DNA of 64,000 nt from positions 1,930,954-1,994,953 of the forward strand of contig CM120644.1 of the NCBI GenBank assembly GCA_051362555.1. The letters are read 5' to 3'. Made by a program: the position numbers and the translations under genes. Shown piece by piece: positions 41,695-55,364 of the stretch. Positions within the stretch are counted from its first letter, which is position 1. Each line of letters opens with the position of its first letter. Below the pieces are notes generated by a model. The model saw nothing but the letters and a program-made list of their open reading frames with translations. It was not told the origin of the DNA and did not search any database. The stretch comes from Lingula anatina. Taxonomy: Eukaryota; Animalia; Brachiopoda.

Positions 41695-41760
41695 CACGTG
41701 TCACATTCCCAGGCGTGAGAAGTAGTTGAAGATAAGGTGATGAACCATCCCGTATAAAGC
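41695..41760 (+). promoter_or_regulatory. Candidate promoter of pri-miR-375 (E-box plus TATA)
   Basis: CACGTG at 41695-41700 and TATAAA at 41753-41758. A downstream donor (gg|gtaagt, 42092) and acceptor (cacag|, 42471) precede the hairpin. Confidence 0.4.
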
Positions 41761-42510
41761 TCACCTTGTCCATACCGCCGGCACTCAAGTCAGCTGGAGA
41801 GAAAAAGGGTAGGTGCGACTGGCTGGAAATACCGCAGGGAGAGTGTTGGAGTTTCAAGGCCTCGTGGATTCTGCGTGTTCCACTGAAATGGTCGAAATGA
41901 AATGATGTGTGAGAGAGAGAGAGAAAGAGAGAGGGTTGGTGGGTTAAAAGAATGCATTTTTTTTTTTACTTTTTGGAGAGTCAATTTGTACCAAAACAGA
42001 GCGTGCATATTGTACATTAACTGCTACGTGGCCGCGGATACATCTACTTAACGTGCACAGCACGTGCTCAGAACGCCATGCAGCCTGAAGGGGTAAGTGA
42101 CTTGATGAATATGGTTGATTCTACTAATTCATCAACGATGCAACTGACTTATCTCTCTCTCTCTTTTTAATAACTTTATTACAAATTTAAATGAACTGAG
42201 AATATGACTATTTGACTGATCTTTAAGCGCTGTTTCTTGCAGTTTATATTTATAAGGAATTGCAAGCGGTTTATATGATTGCGACTATTTCTTTTCTTTC
42301 GCACGCATTTGATGTCACAATTAGCTTTCAAAGGTTACTTTCTAATGGTGTTTATTATTTCTCTTCTCACACTATTACCTCGCTGTCTCACATGAAAACA
42401 AACCAAGGCTTAATGTTAGTCAGTTTTACCAAGAAGTTACAATGAGATTATAACTTCTTGGTTTTACACAGAAAACGGCGGAGAAGAAGACAAAACGCAG
42501 ACGCACACAC

Positions 42511-42586
42511 GCCGCTTTTTACGTTGGCCGTACGAACAGGGGTTCCAGTGCAGATACTTTGTTCGTTCGGCTCGCGTTATGGTCGG
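42511..42586 (+). ncRNA. mir-375: microRNA precursor miR-375 (mature 3p at 42558-42579)
   Basis: The 22-mer TTTGTTCGTTCGGCTCGCGTTA matches the conserved bilaterian mature miR-375 (recalled sequence). The upstream arm ttacgttggccgtacgaacagg pairs with it to form a hairpin. Confidence 0.93.
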
Positions 42587-42642
42587 TGCTAACACAAATT
42601 ATCCATAACCTTCTGGATGAATAGGAGACTAGGATAGCAGGT

Positions 42643-42644
<2 letters not shown>

Positions 42645-42691
<47 letters not shown>

Positions 42692-42792
42692 TGCGGGTTG
42701 GCAGAGAGAGAGAGAGCGAGAGAGAGAGAGAGAGGAGGGAGAGAGACGAGGGAGGGATGGGGTTCAGAGAGAGAGAGAGAGAGGGATGGGGG

Positions 42793-42841
<49 letters not shown>

Positions 42842-42942
42842 TTGACAGAGAGAGAGAGAGAGGGGGAAAGAGAGAGAGACTTGGAGAGAGGAAAAGAAGA
42901 AGAAAAGAGGGAAGAACTAGAGAAGAGAGAGAAGAGGAGAGA
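42645..42942. repeat. (GA)n-rich polypurine tract
   Basis: Read directly. Confidence 0.95.
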
Positions 42943-43489
42943 TGAATGGTATATACAGCGTAGATGCATTTAAGGTGAGTACATACCGAGGTACATACAC
43001 TGTACAAGCTTATATCAGAAAGTAAGTGAAGACTGGGCAGCAAGCCATAGAATAGGCAGGCAGCTATTGGCACGCTAGTAGACCATCACCTATGTATAGA
43101 AATATGTGTAATTTGAACCCTGGCGCCAAGTGACACGGTTTCCAGGAACTTATGGCCGGGTCCAATTTGATACATCAAATTTGAAATTCAGTATTTGGCT
43201 GATATTATCAAAAGATTATTACAGCCACTGTAAAACAAAACTATCTATCTGTATCTTTTGAGGAAGTTTATTTGAAAACATTTATTAGTTTTGAATTGAG
43301 GTTTAAGTAGGCTTAAGCGTTGCTCTGTTATCAAGGAGGAAGGATTAAATGTATGCTATGGTCCACTGTGATAATGTTAATATCTACTGTAAGATGTGCT
43401 GACAATTACTGATGTTACTGCTGCTTTAATTTCTAATACTGGAACTGACACCATAGTACTACTTGTACCACCAGTTCTACTGCTGCTAT

Positions 43490-43527
<38 letters not shown>

Positions 43528-46144
43528 ATACATAAGTACGGTGTAAATACAGTCATTGATTTTTTATTTTTTTCGGCGTCCTCAAAGTTACACTTATCAC
43601 ACATATAATAATTTTATTGTACTTTAACGGCTACCTATCAGTGCTTGAGAAGCCATTTCAAGATGTACAGCGTCGTCCGTTATCTCTTATCGTGTAGTGA
43701 GGGGGGTTTGCTATACATATCCCTTACCTCAAAGAGAGAGAGGACGACTGTGAGATAGGCCAAAATCTAAAGACTGAGACTTTGGAGGAGAGTGGGGTCA
43801 GAAATAATGAACACGCGAGAGCGGTACGGCAGCGACGAAAGCGCGAGAAGTCTTTTTCCACAGATATTTTCCTGTTTTCTCTTACGTTCTCTAGTATTAC
43901 AGTCTTTTGCACAAATCATACAAGCACCTATTCACCGTGTTATGTATGTAGCTTTCTTTATTGCTCTCTGACCAGACGAAATTCCCAATGTACAGAGTTT
44001 CATTCTTATCACTGGAAATTAACCCCACCGTGAGCAGGCTAAGTAAAGCACGTTTTCTCGAATGACGTCACGCACCGCCGGATGACCCCCTCGCCCCCTT
44101 TGATTGTCAAATTACAAAATACATGTAATTTCTCAATAAGGATTACATCAATGCACATAATGATTTTAAATGCACACCATATTTAGCGGGTTCGAGGTGA
44201 GAGTTACATAAATAGTAGAAGGAGTGATGTGACTTGGTTGTATTTCTAATATAACAGTGTACAATGATCACTATCTATATTAAAATATTCAAACAGTATC
44301 TGGATACATAGTTTGAAATAAGCGTGGAAGGGGTGGGTTATTATGTACATTTAATCGTGAAAAGAGGAGTACTGAAAACATTATTGAAATCAGTGTTATT
44401 GGGATATTTCGTGGCAATCATTCCCCAATGTGACCTTTAAGGTAGCGCTAACATCTTTATGCCTTTAAACGGAACTGTCTTGAAATGCTGATTACGTTTA
44501 TATATTTATATATATGGTTAAGATAGGAAGAAGAGGCAAGATAGTCTTCTTTGCCTGCTGATGTTCTCTTGGCCTTTGACACATGCTTATCTTTTATTTC
44601 ATGTTACATTTTTGTACCCTTTGCTTTTTATCCTTCTCCTCTAGAATTTGAAGATTCGACCTCCGCTCGCACGATCAAATGTTACCGATGTCGTGTTTAA
44701 GTAAAGAGCACTTTTGTAAGATGGAGTACATGTAAATCTTCAACGCGTACAGAAGTTTTACTGTGGATTTCTGATGCTTAGACATTTTAACACTCCTTTT
44801 GAAAAAATGTCGATTTATTTTTTTTTCTTAAAACCAATATTTTCACTGAAATTTATCTAATTTGTTATATCATTAAATTGTGTTCTCATAGCACGAAATG
44901 CCAGCTCCACGGTCCTCGTGGTCCTCCGCGGACCTCGCTGTGTAAGGTGACCACAGAGTTGACAAATAGTCTGCAAACCGAAGAGAAGATAGGTGAAGAT
45001 AAGAAGGCCGCTTCTGTCACAATGAAATCATTTTACACGGACACCACGACGTTTACTAATACCTTCCCTTTTTCTCTAAAACACTCCTCTGTTCTACGAT
45101 TATCATTCTAAGTAAACAATAATATTCGCACTCTGATCTCTGGTGATATCAACGCGAGCGCTGAGACATATGCGAACACTCTCATCTCTCATGAACTTAA
45201 GGCGCGTTTTGATCCATTTTCAACCAAACTGTTTAATTTCTAAATCAAGCTGACGCTTCCTTGTAATTACTAGTTGAGTTACCCATCCTCTCTTGTTAAG
45301 TTTTGATTAAGTGATAGTGTACGTAGTCATGATAAGGTGTGAGTCGGAATAGAACGAAAATACATGTATAATTTGGGCCGTAGCAATCCAGTGACTGCTT
45401 CATTAAGTTAGAACGCTTTAGGTCAGTGTTGCCGTGTCACAACTCTCTGCCTGGCTAAGAAAGTCGCACGGCAGTGGAATTAATGCGCCAAGAGTTACTT
45501 TCCAGGATATTTATGGTAACGGGTTAAAAATTCGGTCAAAACATGCCACGTTAATGATGTTTTATTGCCACGAATGTTTTCAAAGTTGTTTAATTTCAAC
45601 TATATAATGCTTTTGTTATAGCAGGATGTTCATTGTGATAGTTGGTCACCTGATACACACAGCATCTTGGGTTTGTTGACAATGTCACATCTGTCGCAAT
45701 CACACGGGAATGCTTTGGTTGAAAAAACGAAAGCATTGAATCTCCACACTCCTGTCTACAAAAACAGTCCCAAAGGACACAATTTTCATATGCAGATGTC
45801 GATAGGTATCTGTCGGATTTAGAAGGGGGGGGGGGGGGGGGGCGGGTCAGGTGGGTCCTGACCCCCCCCCCCCCCTTCGATTTCTGAAAATATCACACTA
45901 ATAGTCATAGTAAAAAAGTAATCTATCTAGGAACGCTCTGTGTCGGCTTCTCAGATAAGTGCTCGTGTACATGATGAACTTTAACATCATTGATGATAAT
46001 ACCATCTTTGCAGATACATTTGAAATACATTTGTATGGCTCACGGCCTGTTGATTGTTATGGCAGATAAATACATGTGCAGTCCAACTGACCCTCTCTGT
46101 GAGAAAGTAAAAAGTTCCCATTTGACCCGTACCACACCAACGAA

Positions 46145-46218
46145 GGCTCTGTGGCTCCGTGGTAACTCCGCCGTCTTCTATATAGCAAGACACAGGTAGA
46201 CAAGGGTTCGAATCCTAC
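46145..46218 (+). mobile_element. tRNA-derived SINE head or tRNA-like fragment
   Basis: A-box-like tggctccgtggtaa and B-box ggttcgaatcc, with no convincing cloverleaf. Confidence 0.4.
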
Positions 46219-47210
46219 AATGTTCTTATTATGTTTTTTTGCTCGAAATAATTATCTGAAATTTGCGTTTGATTACTATAAGAGGAAACTCGTAAGTACG
46301 GAGGTTGGGCGGGTCAGTCACGAAGCAGTCGGTAGCGTGCTTGGCTGTAAAAAAAAATACCTAGTCATCAGCAAACCATGGAAACGGCAAGTCACGAGTT
46401 CAAATTCCAGATAACACATGTCAGTTGACCACAAGGAAGAGCTGGCCCCGCAATTGAAAACGAATGCAGGCTCTCGTGTGTCCCAGCAAATAACCTTTTG
46501 CATAAAAATCCGGTATGGTTTAGAATTAGTGATCTATTTTGACAACAAATTATTGCTCGACATTATCATAAAGGCTGTGTCGTCAAGTATATTTATTTTC
46601 TCTTTGCTGTAAAGTCTTTAAAATGATACTAAGGTGGGGATGGTCATTGATCTCTATCCTTTACCAACTACGCAACAGATCAAAATAGAATTGAGTCAAT
46701 ACCTTACCCAGAATGGCGTCATACAGCCATTTCATGAAAAAAAAGCTATCTGCTCGTTGGGACTATCAGCAAGAAAATCTTTTTCAAAAGTAACATTGCC
46801 GCTATTGCTCTGCCTAATCATACATTTTGTTTTTTATGCCCCAACCCCCCTCCTTTGGCCTTGCTTATCAAGACTGTACATATATTCATACAGTACCCGA
46901 GGCAACTCCACAGTTGACGTTTGAAATGACAAAGACTACTCACAACTAACAATTTGTGAACAGCTTTGCCTCTCATCGTGCTCTATAACGTCACAGGTGA
47001 AGTCAAACGTAAACTCAACGTGAAACAAAATGAAAATAGCAGCATCATAAGTCATCTAACTAGAAATGTTTGGCTATTACGTATGATTGTCACCCAAAAT
47101 TAATGGCTGACTTTTGGGTGCCTTGGGACCAGTGAAAGGGAGTAGTCCCTCCCCCCTCCCCCGGACGAATTTCCTGTAAGAACCCGGTAATTATAAAGTG
47201 GCACGGTAAA

Positions 47211-47457
47211 CAGTGGCGGATTTAGGGGGTGTCAGGGGAGTCCTGAACCGCTTCGATTGCTGAAAAAATCACACCAATGGCCCCTCTTGAAATTAGAATT
47301 TTGACTAGCTGAATCATGGTTCTAAACCGTACCAAGTGGCACCGTTCGCCTTCTAAAATACCAATTTTCCGTTCCCGGACCTCACGCCAAGGGGGGTGGG
47401 GGGGGGGTGTGGAGGTGGGAAGGGTCGATTTCGCAAAAAATCCTGCATCCGCCCCTG
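47211..47457. mobile_element. hAT-like MITE (cagtggcggat...atccgcccctg)
   Basis: 11-bp imperfect TIRs beginning with CAG. Confidence 0.55.
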
Positions 47458-49765
47458 GTACGTATGTCAAAGTAATGCGTAATAAACACTTTGTAGAGGC
47501 CAACATATCAAATAAATGCCGTGTTATGGTTAAGCCATCTTAAAAAATTGTCTGATGTTTGGGTAATGACACAATTTCATGTCTTGATATACCGGTAGGC
47601 GCCATTTTCTTGCCTTGAGAGAGAGAGAGAAAAAAAAACAAAAACAAAAACAAACACCCCCCTCCCTCCAAAAAAATATTGTCAGCTTCTATTCGTTTAC
47701 ACTGACAACACTTGCTAGCCTGCTATTATTCCCCACCCACTCTCTTGACGCCAAATTCAGCTAGATTTTACACTAAATGAAAGACTTTTGGTTATCTACT
47801 AGTAGGGCGATGATTTCCATTTTCTCTTAGACATGTACAGTGTTTCAATCTTTACGTAGCCTCGGAAACATTTACACTGAATTTTAAGCCAGTCTGACAT
47901 GTGTCAGGTACTGTAGATAGGGATATACGTACACGCTGATGTTTGTAGATGGGAAGATATAACATTAAAGTGATGGTATTTTGTTGTTCAGGACATTTCT
48001 TATAACCACGAATTAAATTTATTTCAGTTATACATTCCACTCAGCTTCATGTTGAGGAAGATACAACATGGGCGTGGAAATATTTCAACATTTATACTAA
48101 TCGTGTTTTATCAGACAATATTGAGAAAAATTCCACCCTTGTCACTGCACCTATGTTCGTAATGTGTTTTCTTCATTTGTATTCATTTTTTCACATTTTC
48201 CTTTCAGATGTGTCACAAAATATCCGCATGCGGTTGAGTTACTTTGAACGAAGTATCACAGCACCAGAATCATGAAACCATGTAAAATATTTCATAATAT
48301 GTCTTTTTTCTTCTTTTAGAAGTATAAATGGTGCACGAGAAACGTTATAAACCGTAAGAATGAGATTTTTCAAATATCTAGCAGGTAATGCTTTATAGCG
48401 TCTGAAGTAGAAAAGTTGAACCACATGAAATGGAGTGAAGCCGTTTTCACATCACTATACCTGTTATAACAAATTGCAGATCAATGGACAAACACATAAA
48501 TACACCAAAAAATAAATAAAAATATAAATAAATGAATAGATAAATAAGAATGAAACGATGACCAAAAATCCAATAGTTGTTATGCTCTTAACAAACGAAA
48601 AAAATTGTTGCACTTACTTTAAAGCTCTGCTGCATCTAAGAATTTTTGAAGATCAGCATTGAACAGAAGACATCGGGGCGCTGTGAAACAAGACAGGCTG
48701 CGTCCAAATTCTGTTTCTAAAACCGTCTCAAAACTTGGATGTTGGATGTAATTATAACAGCTTCAATGGATTTCTTTTGAAGAACTTATGTAAGGCTCAT
48801 TAAGTTGTCTCTCTTTAGCATGCACATTAAAAAAAGTTTCCTGAATATTTCGATCATCATCTCTCTATACACGCAAATTTGCTGTTGTTTTATAGAATAA
48901 TCATTGTTACAGAAGTACAAAGCTTAGTTACCGACAAACCGCAAAGTGAAAAATTATTCCAATAGAACTGGTTAAGTCGAGGAAATAATCAACTCTTGCC
49001 TGACGAAAACATTTACAATGGTCTGTAGAATATGCGATAGAAAAGAGTTGATTGAGGTGTGAAGGACCATTTTTAATTTACTTTTTTATTTCTGGAGGTT
49101 CTAAATATCTATGTACTTGCAATCAAGTGGCAAACCTAAGGCACCGCCACGTGACCCAGTACCACGTTAATACGCCTTCTTGATTTCACACCCTCTCTCT
49201 TTAACCCCACCCCTTCAATCTCTCTTACTCGACCCTAGACGTCTATGTGTGACTCATGGGTTTTACATATATATATATATCATTTGTAAATCACTTGCTG
49301 CATGTTTCTTTAGGCGTCTCTCTCTCTCTCCCTCTCTCTCTTTACTGTCTGTTTCATTTACTCTAACAGTTTTATTTTTTCATATGAATAGTGAATAATA
49401 TGCAGTTTGTTTTAGCACCTTCTTATCCACCATCCGTTACCCATCCTTAGTAATGTAAACATGTATATCTATTAATTTAAATAATAGAAATCAAAGATGG
49501 AAATGATTTGTCCTACACTAACGCCTTTAACGACTCCTCATTGACACTGTCAGTTGCCACCCACGAAAAACACATCAATACCACCCGTTGATTGGGGAAA
49601 CAAAAAGCAACAAACACTTGATGGCGAACTGCACGAGAACGGGCGCATGCGCAAAGGCAATGAGCACGCGTTAGTCATCTAAAACTGGAATATATGATCA
49701 GGTCGGGAGAAATTAACATTCCAAATTGTTTTTTCTGTTATTTTAAAGACATGGGGCACTGTTTG

Positions 49766-49826
49766 GGGTACTTCCTCGTGAGCTTTGTGGGTATTTCCGC
49801 GTGTTTCAGTTTGAAAGGGTATATAA
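49766..49826 (+). promoter_or_regulatory. Core promoter of BRICHOS gene A: two kB/ETS-like sites plus TATA
   Basis: gggtacttcc (49766-49775), gggtatttcc (49789-49798) and TATATAA (49820-49826). The same layout occurs before gene B. Confidence 0.65.
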
Positions 49827-50336
49827 GGCGGAGTCCTGGTCTGTAACAGCAGTCGAGTCCCTCCACTCACTGGGCTTAAGTTGACGCTACTGCTGCCGCT
49901 CCTTAGGATAATAAGGTTTGCAAAGTAAGTGAAGGATTATATTTTTATTTTAACTGAATTTTGTTTTAGTTTTTCATTTTTTAAGCTTGGATATTATATC
50001 CCTCACGGAGTCAAAACATACTTAGGCCTAACAAACTTACTGTACATGTACACGTATCGTTTTAATATTCTTAAAAGACTGTTTTTCCATAATCGGTTTT
50101 ATGACTGGAGTCTTATGTAATGATGTATAGAACTGAATCTCAAACAATGTGTATTTATATGTGGGTGTTTCTTTTTCGAAGAGATTATGCATGTACAAAA
50201 TGTAAGCCCGTTTTTTTAAACACATTGTTCAACTTAAAAAAGACCATTGCCCACTTGATTTTCTTTATTATATCGCGTTACTGAAGTGTGCTTTTCAATT
50301 TGACGCCATGTTCAATCACTTGTCATTTTGCAGGTA

Positions 50337-52712
50337 ATGTTACCACAGTCCATCCTGATACAGGAGAAAGACACCGTCCAGCCAGAAGCCGCCATGACGT
50401 CACACAACAACCCAAGCACCAAGAAGTACGTGATCGCCGCTGTGTCGGTTGTGACAGTGATTGCGTTAGCGGTGACAGGCACACTGCTGGCCGTACACTT
50501 CACGCAGAGAGCAACTGTTGACCTTATGAAGGTAGGGGAAATTTACGGAAGAATTAATCGCAGGGAAAAGATAAACACGATGGTGTAGGTTTGAGTAGGG
50601 TTTCTTTCTGTTTAAAATATCATATGGTTTCAATGAAAGTAATTACGAAAAGAAAAGAATATTCGGCGTGAAAAGGCATTATCACCTAGAGAACGAGGAA
50701 TTTGTGATTTTAATGGGTTATCAAAATTTTTGAAGTTTATAAAGTAGAATCCGTGTTGGATACATATAGTCATATGATCAGTAAATATATCATATGCAGC
50801 TTATATGATCATGAGTTATTTATACCTTTGTCGCCATGTGTTTTTATTCAACTTCAGGTCATTTTTGACATTAACATTACTCTAAGATACAATATCGATA
50901 AGATTAAAATGCAAAACTAATATAGAAGTCGACATATTTCTTGTCTTCGCATCTTTCTAATGGTCAACAGCTCAACGCCAACTTTCATGATGTGTTTTTC
51001 TCTTCCTTCACTTACTTTAAGGCTTATCATGTCACCTACACAGACAGAAATACTGAGTTTAACCAGCAAGTAGAGATCAGCACCACTGACAAACTGGAGG
51101 CTCTCCACTCTCTTCCCAGCGACGGACAATCTGAGACTTTTGTCCTCCATGATTACAATGTCGTAAGTTAATTGTTCTGTTCATTTGAAGATCCTCACAT
51201 CATCATTTGTCATCAGCCGGCATTAAGCAGTTAATTCATGTTCATTTAGTGATTTATAGTTCAATAACAACTTAAATAACAACAAAAACAAAAATACTTT
51301 TTTAGTTTTTTGTTTCGACAATAACGATCAAACTGTTTTGATTTCCAGAAAAAGACTGCTCTTCGTTTCTCAGACGACAAGTCCTGCTACATCCGGGACA
51401 TGCCTGAGAAAATGAAAACACAAGACCTGGCAAATGATGAAAAAAGATTCCAGAATTCTGAGGTAACATTTTTCAGATATCAATAGAATTAATATTCGAT
51501 CGAAAAAAAATCAATTAAAGTATTCTATTCTAAATAATAATGGACATGGAGTTGCTTCTCATCGATTAGAATGGATTTTACGGGATGTCTCCATAGTATG
51601 TAAACATATCAATGATAATTACAATAATAATAATAATAATAAAAATAATAATGCAGTTTGCCTTGGATTTATTCTATGGTCGTTTACACACCTTTATTCT
51701 ATTTTAAGGCAAATGGCGGTAAGATCTCCGGGGTAAAAGAAGGCTACTTCCAGGCCGTTCATGATCCAGTGGACGAGACCACTTTGTCCGACGCCATCTT
51801 GGATTTCTGCTCAGGACATAAACTCCAACTTCTGGTACTCACCACAAAAGAAAAAATTGCAGGTAAATAATAAGAATGCCTTCATACATGATCGAAATAC
51901 AGCACTCTTTTTCCATGAGCAAACATTTCATTTCATCATAGCTTTTCATCAGCCTCTGCGTAGTTGTAAATAGAATTGGCTTGGCTGTAGGCTTTCTTGA
52001 AAAACTGAAAGAACTTTATTCATCGACATCTAGTGATTTTCGTTGAACGATATATATTTACGATATACTTCAGCTTTTAAACACATCTTGCTTAACATAT
52101 TTATCATGATGTAAGAAGCCTTTTTCATAAAACTTTCTCATATCTTCAGCTGGATATACCAGAATATCTGTCATACTAATCGAATAATACTGACGTTTAT
52201 TAATCAAAATTCCAGAGACATCCAATGGTCCAAAGCCACGCCAGAGACGCGGTCTCTTTGACCAGTTCCAGAATTTCGCCGACAAGAAACTTAACAGCCT
52301 CAACACAGCCCTTGACGCCAATGACAACGAGGCTGGCGGAGACGTAGGTGTCGCCTCAGTCGGTGGCGGCCGTAGAGGGGGTGGTCTCGGCGTGGTCCCA
52401 ATCTCAGACCCTTACGGTCCAGGCCCAGTAGGTCCAGGCCCAAAACCAAAACCCGTTGGTCCAGTGGCTCCGGTCGGCCCTGGCCCAAAGAAGCCCAAGA
52501 ACACCGGCTGCTTCGACCAGTCCGCCTGCAAGGTGAAGGAGGGCTGCACTGTGCGTACTGACCGCGTCTGCGTGGACTACGGCTGGTTCTTTGGCAACCG
52601 CGGTGGTGTGGGTCGTAAAGGACAAGTGTCTGACCCTGCTTGCCTTAAGTGGGAGTACAATGACGTCAAGGACTGCGTCATCGTTAACAACTGCGAGCAG
52701 ATCTGCACTTAA
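50337..52712 (+). CDS. BRICHOS-domain precursor A (type II TM anchor, BRICHOS, furin site, Gly-Pro repeat, 8-Cys domain)
   Basis: Exons 50337-50531 (KKYVIAAVSVVTVIALAVTGTLLAV), 51022-51162 (ETFVLHDYN), 51349-51462 (DKSCYIRDM), 51709-51862 (LSDAILDFCSG) and 52216-52712 (RQRR|GLFDQF..GPGP..8 Cys). The BRICHOS Asp and both Cys motifs are present. A non-coding first exon spans about 49850-49924. Confidence 0.9.
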
Positions 52713-53298
52713 ATGTGACACTTAAAACTATCACTGCATAGCTTGTTTATACTTATGCCAGCTTATATGGTATATCAGGGTAAAACTCAGATTGTCGCTA
52801 ATTGTTGATATGCATGGGTTATGTTTGAAGAAAACTCCTTTTAATAAGTATAAACATGTAAAAGCTTATATCATGTCATTTCATTTACAGATAAAATTCA
52901 ACTGTTTTATTTCGAGAAACAGATCAATTATTTATGCCACTGTTTAGGAACATTAGTAAAAATATCGTAATCGTCAGTTATTTTTTCTTCTTTTTTGTTT
53001 ATTGTTTAAAAGAAAATTCGTGATCATTATCATCTGTTTGTATGTCACCAATAAAAACAGTAACAATATTTCCTTCTCTTTGTTTTTATTTTCTGGATCG
53101 ATGTAAATAAATAAGGCAAACGCATTTCATACACATGTACCTCATTAAAGTCGGGATCATCGTGCATCAGTATGGCAAGTCTAAGCGTGCTATGATTTCA
53201 TGCTAAAATTTTTGTGTCCATCCATCCAATTTCCAATGTTGAAAATTCGACGTTTTTTTTTTTTGCATACATCGCCTTTTTGGCTGATAGCTTGGAAG

Positions 53299-53335
<37 letters not shown>

Positions 53336-54253
53336 AGCTGTGCCTAGATATGACGTGTTGTCAGGCATAAGAGTTATAGAACAAGCCTGGTATTATATTT
53401 AATCTGGCCATTATAATGATTGGCAATCTTTTAAGTCTGATGATTCTAACAGGGCGGTGATATTCGAGTCTGTCAGTTCATATTTTTTGTAACTAGTGGC
53501 CTAAGTTTAATGCCAGTAATTTACCAATTTCTCTTTGTTTTTTACCTGTACCAAACTGTATATCAGACCAGGCATGTGGCCATAAAACATAAAGCACATC
53601 TACCGATGCTTATCTGTGCCTATCAGTAACGCCATTTGGTGGTCCAGAACGAGAAATACCAATTTATTTAATACGTGAACATTTTATAAACACTTCAGCC
53701 TCCTCACCTGACATTTTAAGTGTCCAGGCTCGTTGCCGGGAGGGAGGTGTGGGGGGGGGGGGGGGGGGCGATGGGGTGGAAGTGGGTTTTTGACGCTCTT
53801 GGGAAAATATGATCTAGGAGATTTTATGGGTAAAATTTCACTTTTTAAGATGTAATGGTGTAAAGGTCTGTCTTTATCATCTGCTTCTTTCTGAGATTTC
53901 TATTTGATCTTGACTCACGTCCGGAAGAGAGGGAGATGCGTAATAACTTTATTTTTGATAGACAGTAAATGTGAAGCTGGTAGACGGCTTTAAATAGAAG
54001 ATTATCGAATGCAAATAATCACCTAGAGATAAATAGAAAATAAAAGCAAAAGACTGGATAGCAGTTAGTAAAAATTCGTTCCTGCCGTAGCTAGCTCGCA
54101 TATTACGGAACGAAACACCCATAAAAACTCAAAAAGATGATATCAATTCAGCATAGCCAAATGAGGGTTGACATAAGTGAAGGACCAGTCCAATCTACAC
54201 ACCCGGTTCTACTGAATAGCATGACAGACCCTGTACCTTTACCGCACCCACCA

Positions 54254-54306
<53 letters not shown>

Positions 54307-54869
54307 GAAAAGGAGAGATAAGACAATCTGAAGAGTATATTACTCTGATTTGGCAAATTCAAAAGTTCCGCTTTTTTGTAGCAAAGTCGGGTAATGAAAG
54401 GGCAAAAAGGTCCTTTTTAAACAAAAAGATCCCCCCTTCATTGACATTAGTGGCATGCGCATTTAACTATATCACTGGAACATCTTTGACAGTTATAGCT
54501 TTACACATAGCATAGCAAGTAACTATGGTCAAGCCGCCCTCTGAAGCCAAACTTCCTCAATAAATGGAGACCCGTTATATAAGCTGTAGTATGCAGACAA
54601 TGATCATCAACAACTCAACACTTTGTTTCTACCTTTATCACCGGACTAAGTGTGCCACGATTGCCCTCAGGCACGAGAAGGGAATGCTGTGGTCAGAATA
54701 ATTCGGGAAATAAATGGCCGGTGGATGTAATGAAACCGCAGCACGTGATCGTCCCCTCAGGTAAACAAACTTGCACCTCGCATGCCGTGGCCGTTCAAAA
54801 CTTGAGTTAAATGAACGACGGAATCTGATTGGTTCTCCAAAATGGCTGTCCACCAAGGGTTGCCCGGCT

Positions 54870-54927
54870 ACTTCCTCTTGTAGTTAGCGTGTATTTCCGC
54901 GTGCTGGACTGCACAAGGGGTATATAA
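54870..54927 (+). promoter_or_regulatory. Core promoter of BRICHOS gene B
   Basis: acttcctc (54870-54877), gtatttccgcgtg (54891-54903) and TATATAA (54921-54927). Spacing matches gene A. Confidence 0.65.
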
Positions 54928-55364
54928 AGTGAAATCCTGGACATGTTCGTCAGATTCATCTCATTTCGTCTCTGGGTAAAGAGAGTTGGCCTGCTGCTGT
55001 GCCTTGTTGGTTGAACCAAAGTCTCAAAGTTGACAAGTAAGTCGAGTCTTATTCATTACTCCTTTATCGATGTACTTAATTCATCTAAGTGAAAAGTTAT
55101 CTTTTTCATATTCGTCACTTTAGTGTAGTCAATCAATGTTTGAGACAGTTTTGTCGTTTTTCTTTACTGTTGAGGCTATTTGAGGCAGGCCTCGGCGTAG
55201 AAGAAAAATAAAGAAAAAGGAAGAAAAAAGAATAAAGTTGGAGAAAAAGTTAATTGTGCATTCTTAATAATACCTCCTTGCAAAGGCTCGTCACTTTTTC
55301 ACTGGTCTTTCAATTTTGGCACACAATCTATAATTACTATCTTAATGTCAACATTTTTAGAGCA

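Noticed and set aside
42519-43073. 184-aa Leu/Ser-rich ORF and an Arg/Glu-rich ORF
   Set aside because: Translations of the (GA)n tract. The real feature here is the miR-375 hairpin.
44533-44556. miR-31-like start (aggcaagat)
   Set aside because: The match ends after 9 nt and the hairpin is far too short for a pre-miRNA.
46145-46218. Functional tRNA gene
   Set aside because: A and B boxes are present but no consistent acceptor or anticodon stems; treated as SINE-like.
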